Of a stretch of 54,917 nucleotides of DNA, positions 1 to 11,064 are shown piece by piece. Where the stretch lies: positions 1 to 54,917 of the IMG/VR virus record IMGVR_UViG_3300020388_000022, one strand, 5' to 3'. A program made the position numbers and the translations under genes. The number at the start of each line of letters is the position of its first letter. The stretch's first letter is position 1. The notes under the pieces are model-generated. The model made no database searches and had not been told where the DNA came from. It saw nothing but the letters and a program-made list of their open reading frames with translations. Source of the stretch: a virus (taxonomy: Duplodnaviria > Caudoviricetes).

Positions 1-3000
1 GTACCTTCAGTAGTGAATACTCATCTGGAGATGTAATGATAGGTGCGGGTATGGCCTATAACGTAGGTAATACTGCTATTGTAAGTACTTTTGCTAATTT
101 CAGCAGTGTAAGAACAGGTCTTAAAATTAATAGAGGTTCAATTGCATTTGCTGGAACCTCAAGTGCAAGTGCAACTGCAGTTGGAAGTTCTTTAACTACA
201 GTAGATACATTTTCTCATAACACTGTAACTGGTGATACCACTACTACTGGTGGATTAACACTTAATGGTCATATACAACAAAACAACGCAAACGAAATAA
301 GAGGTAAAGATACGGGTGGAAATGTTCGTACTATTATGCGAATAAACAGTTCTAACCAATTAGAGTATGGTTGGTCAGCTAATGGCCCAGTTAAAATTAT
401 GGGTGGTGGTTCTTATACTACACGAATATTTATAGGAACAGATGGTAACACTGCTGTAACTGGTAATTTGTCATCAAGTGGCGATATGACTGTTGGAGGA
501 AACTTAATAGTCAATGGTACAACTACTACAATCAATACAGCTAATTTAAATGTAGAAGATAAGAATATAACATTAAATTATCATGCATCTAACGATACTT
601 CAAGTAGTGCAGATGGAGCTGGTATAACAATTCAAGATGCGGTTAATGGAAGTACAGATGCTTCTTTAACTTGGAATGCAGCCGGAGATAAGTTTATATT
701 CTCACATATATTGAGAATGTTTGGCAATATTGAGCTGCCAGATAATGTAAAACTAATTGCTGGTGACTCTAATGATTATTCAATTATGCATCATACTAAT
801 GGACACACTTATGTATCAGGAAGCTCAGTAAGACATGGCTCTAATGCATTTAGAGTAATGAATCTTGCTGATACTGAAACGCAAATAGAAGCTTTAGCAG
901 ATGGTGCAGTAACACTTTACCATAATGGTCAACCAAAAATAGCCACAGCAAGTGGTGGTGTTAATGTTACAGGAACTACAATAATAGATGCTAACGGTGG
1001 TACTGATAATTATTATTTAAAACTCCAAGAATCTGGTGCTGATAGATTTACTATATATGAAAATGGTAATAATGTTTGGTTCAATGGTGGGCCGGGTAGC
1101 ACATTCTTTAGACCAAGACAAAATGGAGGGAGTGGTAACTTTGCAGTTTTAGGAAGTAATGTTGGGGTTGGAGTTTCTTCACCATCAAATGCTCTTTCTG
1201 TAAGCGGTGTTATAACTGCGGGAGGTAATTTTACAGCGGCAGGTGTAGGAGGAACACCAGGAGATGCAAATACTGCAGAAGTTGGTCCGGGTTATATAAA
1301 CTTAGCAAGAGACGATACTGCAAGTGCAAAACAAATATTATTTGGAAAAAACGGTTCAGTCCATTCTTTCTTAGAGACTAGTTCCTCAGGTTTAAATATT
1401 GGCGGTGCTAATGTTGGTATCAGCACTGCACCTACACATAAACTTCATGTAGCAGGTGATATCAGAATTAATAATGGTGGTGCATTAAAACTCTATAATA
1501 CAGCTGGAAATGCTTGGGCAGAATTCAGACTTGATAATACAAGTGACCAAGTAACTCACCAAAGAACACTTAGACTGCAAACAGACTTAGCATATAATTT
1601 AGGTACTCCAAGTTATAGGTATGGTTATGTATATTCTAAGTACGCTCAAGCTTCCGAAGGTTTGACAAGTGATGGTATTTCAAGACAAACTGTTTGGAGA
1701 GCTGTAAATAATTCAGGAAGTAGTGGAACAAGATACGTAAAAATATGTAGAATTACAGCATCACAATCAGCAAGAGCACGTATTGATCTTACGGGAAGAG
1801 AAACAAGCTATGGTGACGGATCTCTACCTGCGTTTGGTCGTCTAGTCGGTCAATTAAATAACGACAATAACTATGACTTTACATATTATAATTACCATAC
1901 AGGAAGTTCACAAGTAGTTACTGAAATTGGTCAAGTTGATGTTGATTCTAATAGTACAGATATATATGTAAGAATAACTAGCTTTGCAGAAGTTGGTGCA
2001 GTAGGTGTAATTTCAGAAGGTACTATCTTACCTACAACAGGAAATACTGGAGCAGCACAGGGTACATCAAGTGCTCCTACGGGCTATACAGCAATTACCG
2101 CTCAGAAAATACTGCTGGAAAATACTGCTGGAAATGTCGGTATTGGAACAACCAGTCCTGGTGGTAAACTTGATGTACGTGGAGATTTACACGTAGGTTC
2201 TGGAGGTAATAAGGCAAGATTAAAATCTGATGGTACACACACCTATTTAGATGCTATACCTAGCAATAGTGATATAATATTTAGAAATGCTGGATCAGTC
2301 GAAAAAATGAGACTAGTCAATACTGGCGTGCTTCAATTAACATCAGCTATAAATGGGTATTTAAATGCTACTACTGTAGGCATGGAACTAGACATAAATA
2401 GAAACCCTGAAACTGGTGCTTTTAAAAATACCGGACTTAGTCACGCAAGAATAATAATGAGAGGTGATACTGCAGCAAACGGAGGCTCTAATATTAAATT
2501 TGTTACTTCTCCAGCTGTTAATACTGTTGGAACAACAAAAATGACTGTTGCAGGCGATGGGCACGTTGGTATCGGAACAACTGGTCCACAAACACTTCTT
2601 CATATTGAAGGAAGTACAAATAGCTATAACTCTGCTCCTCTTATATATTTCGGAAGCACAAGTACAGCAAATGCAGCAGTAAGAGACTGGGCTATTGGAC
2701 CAGCAGACTCAAACTATGGTAATTTTCATATATTCCAAGGGGCTTCTACAGGAGCAAGTGCAGTTGGTACTTCTCAGATTGCGCTTACAATAGATTCAAA
2801 TAAGCAAGTTGGTATCGGACCGGGTATGCAGTCTCCAGCAGCTGCTCTAGACGTTCAAGGTTCAAGCGCTTTGTTTATGACCAGAACTTCTAGTGGTCTA
2901 GCAACTTACATAGAAAATGATGGTGGATATGCCGCACTATACTTATATCAAATAGGAGGAAGCCCTAAAGTAGCAATTCATGGAAATGGAAGTTCTTATT

Positions 3001-4658
3001 TTAATGGCGGAAACGTTGGTATTGGAACAGCCAGTCCAGGTAAAAAACTAGAAGTAAATGTAGGAAGTGGCAATACTGATGGTATTAGAATTACTGGCAG
3101 CTCCGCAAATACTTCTCTTATAATTAACAACACTGGTAGTAATGGTGTTGCTTGGGATATATCCTCAACAGGTGCAGGACATGGATATGGAGAAGGAGCC
3201 TTACACTTTGGAGTAGGTTTTGGCCATCCAAAGATGAAAATAACTAGTGACGGCAAAGTTGGTATTGGCTTAAACCATCCCTCAGAAAAGTTAGTTGTTA
3301 ATGTTAATAGCGCAGGCATTAAAGCGGGTCTAATATTAAACAATCAACATGGATATGGGGTTGGCGCTGGCGTAGCTGCAACAGCATTACAGTTTGCTAG
3401 AGATAATGCACCAGATAATGGACAAACTGTTATTAGTGGACAAATTTATTCTGGTAATGAAAATGAACAAACAAGTAACCCTTGCATGATGGCATTTTCA
3501 ACTAAGTCAGGTACATCGCCATATACTCTAACAGAGCATATGCGAATAGCCTCAACTGGCAATGTTGGTATAGGAACTACTAATCCTCAGCAAAAATTAG
3601 ATGTTGCAGATAATACAGACGTTTCAGCAAGAATAGGTAGAGCTAACATTGGTCATTCAGGCCATAATGATTATGCAGGATTTTCACACCGAGATCAACT
3701 TGGATCTACTCAGTATGCATTATTACAAAGTTCTTCAGGACAAACTTTTTTAAATTCAACATCAGGTCAGGTGTTGAATTTCAGAATAGGTAACTCTCAG
3801 AAAGCAACAATAACTAGTAGTGGTCTTAATATGGCTTCAGGTACTGATATTCAGCATAACGGTACTGTAGTACTAAATGGCAGTAGATATATTGGAAATG
3901 TAGATAGATTATATTTAGGTAGTACAAATAATTTTAATGGTAATTTTTTATCCGGTGATGCAAATTGTGTAAAGGTAAATGATGGCTGTGATATTGAATT
4001 ATTTAATAGCTCTGCTACATCAAATGGTAGTGTGCATTTACCTAGGCAAGGTTACTTAACATTCTTTGGTGATGGAAATATAGCTCATTCTATTGGTGCT
4101 CAGAATAGTGATTCATTAAGAATTAACTCTTATGGCCAAGTAAATATTAATCTTGACTCTAATGGTAATGATGCAAGTGCAAACTTTACAATTGGAAGAC
4201 ATGCTGGTGCAAGTAATGCATTTGGTACAAGTGATGTATTATTTAGAGTATTTGAAAATGATGGAGATGTAGTTGCGAAGGGTGATGTTACAGCATTTGG
4301 TTCTTTCTCGGATAAAAGATTAAAAGAAAATATAAAAACAATTGAGAAACCTATTGAAAAGATAATGACATTATCAGGTGTTACATTTAATTATAAAGAT
4401 AGCGGTAAAAAATCAACAGGTCTTATTGCACAAGATTTAGAAGAAGTCTTGCCAGAAGCAGTATATGAAACAGAAAACATAGGTGCTCCACCTGCTGAAG
4501 ACCCAGCAAATGATAAAGGAGAAAATAAAGTTAAGGCTATTAGATATGGTAATACTGTAGGTTTATTAGTTGAAGCAATAAAAGAGCAACAAAGTATTAT
4601 AAATAGATTAGAGAAAAGAATTAAAACCTTGGAAGGAAAAAAGAATGGCAATAAATAA
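1..4658 (+). CDS. Long tail fibre/adhesin with C-terminal intramolecular chaperone (peptidase S74); 5'-truncated by the window
   Basis: Frame is open from position 3, upstream of the ATG at 36. G/S/T/N-rich, about 8 GNVGIGTTxP-type repeats, C-terminal SDKRLKENIK...IAQDLEEVLPEAV...LLVEAIKEQ signature. Confidence 0.88.
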   Translation, partial: TFSSEYSSGDVMIGAGMAYNVGNTAIVSTFANFSSVRTGLKINRGSIAFAGTSSASATAVGSSLTTVDTFSHNTVTGDTTTTGGLTLNGHIQQNNANEIRGKDTGGNVRTIMRINSSNQLEYGWSANGPVKIMGGGSYTTRIFIGTDGNTAVTGNLSSSGDMTVGGNLIVNGTTTTINTANLNVEDKNITLNYHASNDTSSSADGAGITIQDAVNGSTDASLTWNAAGDKFIFSHILRMFGNIELPDNVKLIAGDSNDYSIMHHTNGHTYVSGSSVRHGSNAFRVMNLADTETQIEALADGAVTLYHNGQPKIATASGGVNVTGTTIIDANGGTDNYYLKLQESGADRFTIYENGNNVWFNGGPGSTFFRPRQNGGSGNFAVLGSNVGVGVSSPSNALSVSGVITAGGNFTAAGVGGTPGDANTAEVGPGYINLARDDTASAKQILFGKNGSVHSFLETSSSGLNIGGANVGISTAPTHKLHVAGDIRINNGGALKLYNTAGNAWAEFRLDNTSDQVTHQRTLRLQTDLAYNLGTPSYRYGYVYSKYAQASEGLTSDGISRQTVWRAVNNSGSSGTRYVKICRITASQSARARIDLTGRETSYGDGSLPAFGRLVGQLNNDNNYDFTYYNYHTGSSQVVTEIGQVDVDSNSTDIYVRITSFAEVGAVGVISEGTILPTTGNTGAAQGTSSAPTGYTAITAQKILLENTAGNVGIGTTSPGGKLDVRGDLHVGSGGNKARLKSDGTHTYLDAIPSNSDIIFRNAGSVEKMRLVNTGVLQLTSAINGYLNATTVGMELDINRNPETGAFKNTGLSHARIIMRGDTAANGGSNIKFVTSPAVNTVGTTKMTVAGDGHVGIGTTGPQTLLHIEGSTNSYNSAPLIYFGSTSTANAAVRDWAIGPADSNYGNFHIFQGASTGASAVGTSQIALTIDSNKQVGIGPGMQSPAAALDVQGSSALFMTRTSSGLATYIENDGGYAALYLYQIGGSPKVAIHGNGSSYFNGGNVGIGTASPGKKLEVNVGSGNTDGIRITGSSANTSLIINNTGSNGVAWDISSTGAGHGYGEGALHFGVGFGHPKMKITSDGKVGIGLNHPSEKLVVNVNSAGIKAGLILNNQHGYGVGAGVAATALQFARDNAPDNGQTVISGQIYSGNENEQTSNPCMMAFSTKSGTSPYTLTEHMRIASTGNVGIGTTNPQQKLDVADNTDVSARIGRANIGHSGHNDYAGFSHRDQLGSTQYALLQSSSGQTFLNSTSGQVLNFRIGNSQKATITSSGLNMASGTDIQHNGTVVLNGSRYIGNVDRLYLGSTNNFNGNFLSGDANCVKVNDGCDIELFNSSATSNGSVHLPRQGYLTFFGDGNIAHSIGAQNSDSLRINSYGQVNINLDSNGNDASANFTIGRHAGASNAFGTSDVLFRVFENDGDVVAKGDVTAFGSFSDKRLKENIKTIEKPIEKIMTLSGVTFNYKDSGKKSTGLIAQDLEEVLPEAVYETENIGAPPAEDPANDKGENKVKAIRYGNTVGLLVEAIKEQQSIINRLEKRIKTLEGKKNGNK

Positions 4659-4920
4659 ATCAGTAAAAATTGAAAGAGTAGAAGTTTTTCCTGCGACAAG
4701 TGATGATGTGAATAGTAATAAAGGACATCCAAGTGTGCACGTTATTAGTACAATAACATTTGTCGGTACAGGACAAAATTTGTCAGATAAAGATTTACCT
4801 TTAGTGCAGTCTGCACATAAAATATTATATTATTATTCAGACGAAGATAAACTAACTAAGACATCCACAGCTGGAGAAGATACATTAGTAAGATTAATTG
4901 CTAATGGTGTTTGGAGTTAA
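4645..4920 (+). CDS. Hypothetical protein downstream of tail fibre (possible fibre accessory)
   Basis: 91-aa ORF overlapping the tail-fibre stop; no recognised motif. Confidence 0.55.
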   Translation: MAINKSVKIERVEVFPATSDDVNSNKGHPSVHVISTITFVGTGQNLSDKDLPLVQSAHKILYYYSDEDKLTKTSTAGEDTLVRLIANGVWS

Positions 4921-4921
4921 T

Positions 4922-5884
4922 ATGGCAAAACCAAATAGTAAAGATACATTTAAAGATTATTGTTTAAGACAATTGGGTGCACCTGTTATAGAAGTAAATA
5001 TAGACGACGACCAATTAGATGATAGAGTAGATGAAGCTCTACAATATTATCAAGAGTATCATACAGATGCAACTGAAAGATTTTTCTTAAAACATAAAGT
5101 CACTGGTTCTAAATTAGCATTTAGTGGATTATCTGGTACATTCGTAGTAGGAGATACTGTAACTGGTAGTACATCTGGTGCAAAGGCTGTAGTAGCAAAA
5201 ATAGATGGTGCTGCACTACTATATAAGGTAGTAAAAGATGATAGTTTATCATTCCAAGCAAATGAAACTATCACAGGAGACACCTCAGGGGCCACAGCAA
5301 CGATAACCACTATTACAATAGGTGACTTTGAGAATAAATATATTACTACAAATGAACTAATTCAACAAGTTGTTCAGGTTATGCCAATAAGAGATTCTGT
5401 ATCATCAAATGATATGTTTGATGTTAGATATCAAATACACTTACACGATCTATATAACTTAGGATTTATGGGAAGCTTAGCAGAATACGTAATGAGTATG
5501 CAATATCTTGATATGTTAGATAAAGTAATTGATGCTGATAGCAAATCTATTGGGTTTGAAAGACATAAAAATAGATTAACAATATTTATGGACTGGGACG
5601 AAGAATTATTAATTGATGACCACATCATAGTTGAGTGTTATCGTATAATTGACCCAGACACATTTACAGATGTTTATAACGACTATTATTTAAAAAAATA
5701 TGCAACCGCACTTATCAAAAGACAATGGGGTCAGAACCTATTAAAGTTTGAAGGTATGCAAATGCCAGGTGGAGTTACCTTTAATGGTAGACAAATATAC
5801 GATGATGCAACTGCAGAATTAGAAAAGCTCGAAGAAGAAATGCGACTAAATTGGGAACAACCAGTTGATTTCTATAGTGGATAA
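4922..5884 (+). CDS. gp13: Neck protein gp13
   Basis: YCLRQLGAPVIEVN, KRQWGQNLLKFEGMQMPGGVTFNG; likely start MAKPNSK at 4922; synteny. Confidence 0.93.
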   Translation: MAKPNSKDTFKDYCLRQLGAPVIEVNIDDDQLDDRVDEALQYYQEYHTDATERFFLKHKVTGSKLAFSGLSGTFVVGDTVTGSTSGAKAVVAKIDGAALLYKVVKDDSLSFQANETITGDTSGATATITTITIGDFENKYITTNELIQQVVQVMPIRDSVSSNDMFDVRYQIHLHDLYNLGFMGSLAEYVMSMQYLDMLDKVIDADSKSIGFERHKNRLTIFMDWDEELLIDDHIIVECYRIIDPDTFTDVYNDYYLKKYATALIKRQWGQNLLKFEGMQMPGGVTFNGRQIYDDATAELEKLEEEMRLNWEQPVDFYSG

Positions 5885-5887
5885 AAT

Positions 5888-6805
5888 ATGCCTAGAAATG
5901 TATACTTTTCACAGGCCGTAAAATCTGAACAGAATCTTTACGAAGACCTGATAATTGAATCACTAAAAATATATGGACAAGATGTCTTTTATATTCCTCG
6001 TGTGCTTGTTAATAGAGATAATATATTAGGTGAAGATGCTGCATCAAAATTTGATGATGCATATCTAATAGAAATGTATATCGAAAATGTTGATGGCTTC
6101 GAAGGTTCAGGTGATCTATATTCTAAGTTTGGTTTAGAAATTCAAGATGATGTTACTTTTGTAGTATCACGAAGAATGTGGAATCAAGGTATTGGAAAGT
6201 TTAGTTCAAACCAAATAAGCCCTAGACCACAAGAAGGTGATTTAATCTTCTTACCAATGACAAACACATTCTTTGAAATAGAATTTGTAGAACACGAAGA
6301 CCCTTTTTATCAATTAAAGAATTTACCAACATATAAACTCAAGTGTACTAAGTTTGAATATAGTGACGAGAAGTTTGATACAGGCTTAGCAGAAATTGAT
6401 AATGAAATTGCAGAAGATAGTTATAAAGTAACTATAGATGTTAATACTACAAATACACAATTCCCAGAGTTAGGTGAAATAGTCAGACAGACTGTTTCTA
6501 CAGGTGTTCAAGTATTTGGTGAGGTAGTTGAAAGGACTAAAACCTCAGCAACAAATGGACAAATTAAAATACAAAATATTGGAGTCACAGGCTCTAATGA
6601 TGCTAAAGACTTTTTGGTCGATGCATCAAAACCACTTGTCGGAGATACTTCTACAGTAAGTGTCACAATAACAAAAATATATGGATTAGCTGATGCGACA
6701 GGTGAGGCATTTATAGATGATGGTGCCGCAGAAAATATAACCTATGAAGCCTTTGAATCTGGCTTTATGGATTTCAGTGAAAGTAATCCATTTGGAGAAC
6801 CATAA
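5888..6805 (+). CDS. gp14: Neck protein gp14
   Basis: EDLIIESLKIYGQDVFYIPR, SKFGLEI, RPQEGDLIF, C-terminal DFSESNPFGEP. Confidence 0.93.
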   Translation: MPRNVYFSQAVKSEQNLYEDLIIESLKIYGQDVFYIPRVLVNRDNILGEDAASKFDDAYLIEMYIENVDGFEGSGDLYSKFGLEIQDDVTFVVSRRMWNQGIGKFSSNQISPRPQEGDLIFLPMTNTFFEIEFVEHEDPFYQLKNLPTYKLKCTKFEYSDEKFDTGLAEIDNEIAEDSYKVTIDVNTTNTQFPELGEIVRQTVSTGVQVFGEVVERTKTSATNGQIKIQNIGVTGSNDAKDFLVDASKPLVGDTSTVSVTITKIYGLADATGEAFIDDGAAENITYEAFESGFMDFSESNPFGEP

Positions 6806-7560
6806 TGTTCGGAGATCATTTTTATCATGCTACAATGCGAAAATCCGTAGCAGTATTTGGTACACTATTTAATGACCTAAAGGTTATAAGAAAGAATGCT
6901 GGTGGTGGTGTATTAAATCAAATAAGAGTACCATTAGCGTATGGACCTAAAGAAAAGTTTTTAGCTAGACTGGATCAGGCTACACAATCAGATGCATCCA
7001 TTGCAATTAAATTACCAAGAATGGCATTTGATATTACAAGTTTAAGCCTAGATACTACAGCAAAACTCAATAGAAGAAATCAGATAGCAGAAGATAACAT
7101 TAGTGATGTTACAAAAAGAAAAGTAATTAAACACTATACTGCTTATGATATTGGAATGTCATTATATATTATGGCAAAGAACCAAGATGATGGTTTGCAA
7201 ATCATGGAACAAATATTACCATATTTCCAACCAGAGTATTCAGTCACAATTAAACCTGTAGATAACTTTGACCACAAACAAGATGTTCAAGTTATTTTAA
7301 ATGATGTTGGTATAGAAGATAATTACGAAGGTGATTTTACAGAACGAAGAGTATTAACATATACACTTAACTTCACAATGAAGATGAAGTTCTATGGACC
7401 TACAGGAGATTCAAATCTTATTAGAGAAGTTAAACTTGACTTTCACGATAAAGATAATATTACTAGAACATTTGAAGAAATGGATTTCACAATTAATCCT
7501 ACTTCAGCAAAAGAGAGTGATACTCATACCGTAGTAACTACAATTACAGAAGGCGGATAA
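6805..7560 (+). CDS. gp15: Tail sheath stabiliser/terminator gp15
   Basis: FGTLFNDL, VPLAYGPKEKFLARL, QIMEQILPYFQP. Confidence 0.93.
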   Translation: MFGDHFYHATMRKSVAVFGTLFNDLKVIRKNAGGGVLNQIRVPLAYGPKEKFLARLDQATQSDASIAIKLPRMAFDITSLSLDTTAKLNRRNQIAEDNISDVTKRKVIKHYTAYDIGMSLYIMAKNQDDGLQIMEQILPYFQPEYSVTIKPVDNFDHKQDVQVILNDVGIEDNYEGDFTERRVLTYTLNFTMKMKFYGPTGDSNLIREVKLDFHDKDNITRTFEEMDFTINPTSAKESDTHTVVTTITEGG

Positions 7561-7964
7561 TGAGCAAAGATAAGATTATGAAAAATTTGGAAAAGAATGT
7601 CCCTGCGATACAGGAAAATAAACCTATATCGATCAATAAAGATGTAAAAGATGATTATGATTTTTCTAGGAGAACGTATAAAGATTTAATTAACGTTGGT
7701 ACTAGGTCCTTAGATGTTTTGGCTGAACTCGCGCGTGAGAGCGAGCACCCACGAGCCTTTGAAGTTTTATCTAAAAGTATCAAAGATATCGGTGATACTA
7801 CCGAGAAACTAATGAAACTACAGAAAGATAAAGAAGATTTAAAGAAAGTTCAAGACACAGCAAAGAAAGTTACTAATAATAATGTATTCGTTGGTAGTAC
7901 TACCGACTTACAAAGATTGTTATTAGATAAGGACAATGTGATAGATGCAAAGAGTAAAGAATAA
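7560..7964 (+). CDS. gp16: Terminase small subunit gp16
   Basis: DDYDFSR, ESEHPRAFEV, NNVFVGSTTDLQ; precedes gp17. Confidence 0.92.
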   Translation: MSKDKIMKNLEKNVPAIQENKPISINKDVKDDYDFSRRTYKDLINVGTRSLDVLAELARESEHPRAFEVLSKSIKDIGDTTEKLMKLQKDKEDLKKVQDTAKKVTNNNVFVGSTTDLQRLLLDKDNVIDAKSKE

Positions 7965-9561
7965 CGAATTTGGATATTTAGGAAATCCCTCAGTAAAACG
8001 TGATGGGGTTGAGGCTTCTTTTACAAAAGAAGAAATAAAAGAATATGCCAAGTGCATGAAAGACCCAGTATACTTTGCCAAGAATTATATTAAAATTATT
8101 TCATTAGATGAAGGCTTAGTACCTTTTAATCTATATCCTTATCAGAAAAAAATGTTTAAACATTTTAATGATAATAGATTTAGTATTGTTTTGGCATGTA
8201 GACAATCAGGTAAATCTATTTCATCAGTTGTTTATCTCTTATGGTATGCAGTCTTTCACCCAGAAAAAACAATAGCAATCTTAGCAAACAAAGGTGCGGT
8301 TGCAAGAGAGATGTTAGCTCGTATTACTCTTGCCTTAGAGAATCTTCCATTCTTTTTACAGCCAGGTTGTAAAGCATTAAATAAAGGTAGTGTTGAATTT
8401 AGTAATAATAGTAAGATCATAGCATCGGCAACATCTGGTAATTCTATAAGGGGTTTATCTATTAATTTATTATTCTTAGATGAGTTTGCCTTTGTAGAAA
8501 ATGATGCTCAGTTCTATACATCAACATATCCAGTTGTAACGGCTGGTAAAGATACACAAATTATTATTACTTCTACAGCAAATGGTATAGGTAATGTCTA
8601 TCATAAATTATGGGAAGGAGCTTCACAGGGTACAAATGATTTTAAACCATTTAGAGTTGATTGGTGGGATGTACCAGGAAGAAATAAAACTTGGAAGAAA
8701 CAAACAGTAGCGAATACTTCGGAATTACAGTTTGAACAAGAGTTTGGTAATACATTTCATGGAAGAGGTAATACACTTATTGGAGCAAATCATTTATTGG
8801 CACAAAAGAGTAGAGACCCTATGTGGTATAAAGAAAATGTATATGTATATGAGGAACCACAAGAAGGCCATGAATATGTAATGACCGTAGATGTTTCTAA
8901 GGGTAAAGCACAAGACTATAGTACATTTAATATTATAGATGTTACCACAAAACCCTTTGAGCAGGTATGCGTATTTCGTGATAATAATATATCGCCAATG
9001 CTATTACCAGATATAGTATTTAAATATGCAAGAACTTATAATGACGCTTATGTTATTATAGAAAGTAATGACCAAGGAAGTATTGTTTGTAATGGATTAT
9101 ATTATGAATTAGAATATGAAAATATGTTTGTTGAATCTACAGTGAAGGCTAATGCTTTAGGGGCGACAATGACCAAAAGAGTAAAGCGAATAGGTTGTTC
9201 TACTGCAAAAGATTTAATCGAACAAAATAAAATTAAGATACATGATGCGCAAACAATAGTCGAAATGAGTACCTTTGTTTCAAGAGGTTCTAGTTGGATG
9301 GCACTACCACCAAATCATGACGATCTAATGATGAATTTAGTATTATTCTCGTGGTTTGTCACAACTGATATATTTGAATCGTTAACTAATATTGATATGA
9401 AAAATATGTTATATAAAGAAAGATTAAAAGCAATACAAGATGATATGTTACCATTTGGATTTATTGAGGATGGTAGTTCTAACAATGATAAATATATAAA
9501 AGACGAAGAAGGAAATATCTGGTTCGAGGAAAAACAATGGAAAGGTTCAACGACTTTTTAA
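7945..9561 (+). CDS. gp17: Terminase large subunit gp17
   Basis: Walker A RQSGKS, Walker B LFLDEFAF, ITSTANG, nuclease VDVSKG and HDDLMM. Confidence 0.96.
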   Translation: MQRVKNNEFGYLGNPSVKRDGVEASFTKEEIKEYAKCMKDPVYFAKNYIKIISLDEGLVPFNLYPYQKKMFKHFNDNRFSIVLACRQSGKSISSVVYLLWYAVFHPEKTIAILANKGAVAREMLARITLALENLPFFLQPGCKALNKGSVEFSNNSKIIASATSGNSIRGLSINLLFLDEFAFVENDAQFYTSTYPVVTAGKDTQIIITSTANGIGNVYHKLWEGASQGTNDFKPFRVDWWDVPGRNKTWKKQTVANTSELQFEQEFGNTFHGRGNTLIGANHLLAQKSRDPMWYKENVYVYEEPQEGHEYVMTVDVSKGKAQDYSTFNIIDVTTKPFEQVCVFRDNNISPMLLPDIVFKYARTYNDAYVIIESNDQGSIVCNGLYYELEYENMFVESTVKANALGATMTKRVKRIGCSTAKDLIEQNKIKIHDAQTIVEMSTFVSRGSSWMALPPNHDDLMMNLVLFSWFVTTDIFESLTNIDMKNMLYKERLKAIQDDMLPFGFIEDGSSNNDKYIKDEEGNIWFEEKQWKGSTTF

Positions 9562-10973
9562 CAGAAAAAGTAGATAAGAAAGAAATGCAAAAATTGCATG
9601 TGGTTATTCTCGGCTTGGGTGACGAAGAAGGAACCTTTGCAGATATCGTACAAAAACTATCTAAGAAATATAATATAACACATACTATGGTAGATGTCAA
9701 TGAGGCTTACATAGCTTCTAGTGATATTGAGATTGGTGAAGTATTAGTTAAAAATATAGATGGTAAAGATAAAGATGCTACTTTAAACATGCATGAATCT
9801 TTAGTATTTGTTAGAGCTGGAGCTGTTAAGAATTTGACATCTCAAGCATTGGTATCGACATTACAAACAATCGGATTCTTTCTTATAAATGATTTAGAAG
9901 CTATGTTATTATGTGATAATAAGATGGCATCAACGGTTGCTTTGGAAAGAAATAATATTCCTGTACCAAGAACAGCAATTATTAATAATATAAAGAGTGT
10001 AGAAGATGCTCATAAAAAGATTGGTGGTAAGTTCCCTGTTATAATTAAAACACTAAAGGGTACTCAAGGTATTGGTGTTTCAAAGGTAAATGATATGAGT
10101 TCATTAACTTCTGTAGTACAATCTCTATGGAAATTTAATGCTGATCTACTTATACAAGAATTCTTTAACCTGAAATCAGACATTAGAACTCTTTTAGTTG
10201 GTAATAATATTATTGCAAGTGCTGAAAGAAAGAAAGTAGATAATAAAGAGTTTAGAAATAACGTACATTTAGGTGCAGAAACATTACCCTATACACTATC
10301 AGACGAAGAGAAAAGATTAGTAATCAATGCTGCAAGAACCAGTGGTGCTCACTATTGTGGTGTAGATCATTGTAAGATTAATAATAAGTTTTATATATTA
10401 GAAATCAATGGTTCACCTGGTATAAGATCACACTTTATGGGTTATAACCCAGAAGATAATAAGCCAACTGGTAAGAAAGTGAGTGATGTAGATGTATTAG
10501 AAACAGTATTATTATGGTTTAGTGATGAAGCAAACAGACGACCATTCATGCGACAAGAAGTAGGATATATAGAAAGTATCATGTTAGATGGTTACGATAA
10601 GAATTTAATTAGAGCAAAGTTTGATACTGGTAATTCAGCATCAGCAACTATGCTTCATGTAGATAAATTAAAAATTGAAGGCGATAGAGCTATATGGACC
10701 AAGAATGGTTTAACATTTGATAGCGAAATTGTTGATCTATCAACACCTAGAAGAGGCGGTAAGCCATTTGATACTAGGCCAGTGATAGAACATGGTATAA
10801 CCTTCAATAATAAAAAATATAATATAGAAATAGGACTTACAGAAAAAGACACAGCTAGTGAAATGTTGGTAAACAGAAAAACTATGACTAAATTAAGAGT
10901 TGCGGTCAATCCAAATAGGAGATATATCGTTAGTGATTACGCTCCACCAGATGACGATTACACTAGAGACTAA
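9537..10973 (+). CDS. RimK-family ATP-grasp ligase fused to a C-terminal retropepsin-like (RimB-type) protease
   Basis: PVIIKTLKGTQGIGV, LIQEF, DIR, FRNNVHLG, GVD, LEINGSPG (RimK); AKFDTGNSAS and MLVNR in the C-terminal domain. Confidence 0.85.
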   Translation: MERFNDFLTEKVDKKEMQKLHVVILGLGDEEGTFADIVQKLSKKYNITHTMVDVNEAYIASSDIEIGEVLVKNIDGKDKDATLNMHESLVFVRAGAVKNLTSQALVSTLQTIGFFLINDLEAMLLCDNKMASTVALERNNIPVPRTAIINNIKSVEDAHKKIGGKFPVIIKTLKGTQGIGVSKVNDMSSLTSVVQSLWKFNADLLIQEFFNLKSDIRTLLVGNNIIASAERKKVDNKEFRNNVHLGAETLPYTLSDEEKRLVINAARTSGAHYCGVDHCKINNKFYILEINGSPGIRSHFMGYNPEDNKPTGKKVSDVDVLETVLLWFSDEANRRPFMRQEVGYIESIMLDGYDKNLIRAKFDTGNSASATMLHVDKLKIEGDRAIWTKNGLTFDSEIVDLSTPRRGGKPFDTRPVIEHGITFNNKKYNIEIGLTEKDTASEMLVNRKTMTKLRVAVNPNRRYIVSDYAPPDDDYTRD

Positions 10974-10992
10974 GTGTTAAGAAACCTTTAAT

Positions 10993-11000
10993 TATAAATA
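10993..11000 (+). promoter_or_regulatory. T4-type late promoter TATAAATA (gp18-gp19)
   Basis: Exact late consensus, intergenic, upstream of the sheath gene. Confidence 0.85.
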
Positions 11001-11064
11001 ATAGTATTGAATATTCGTATTATGAAAAACATATTAACTAACTCAAAAAATAGAGGATAAAGCG

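Noticed and set aside
36-4658. Tail-fibre repeats as a diversity-generating retroelement target
   Set aside because: Repeats are degenerate protein-level motifs; no reverse transcriptase or template/variable repeat pair seen.
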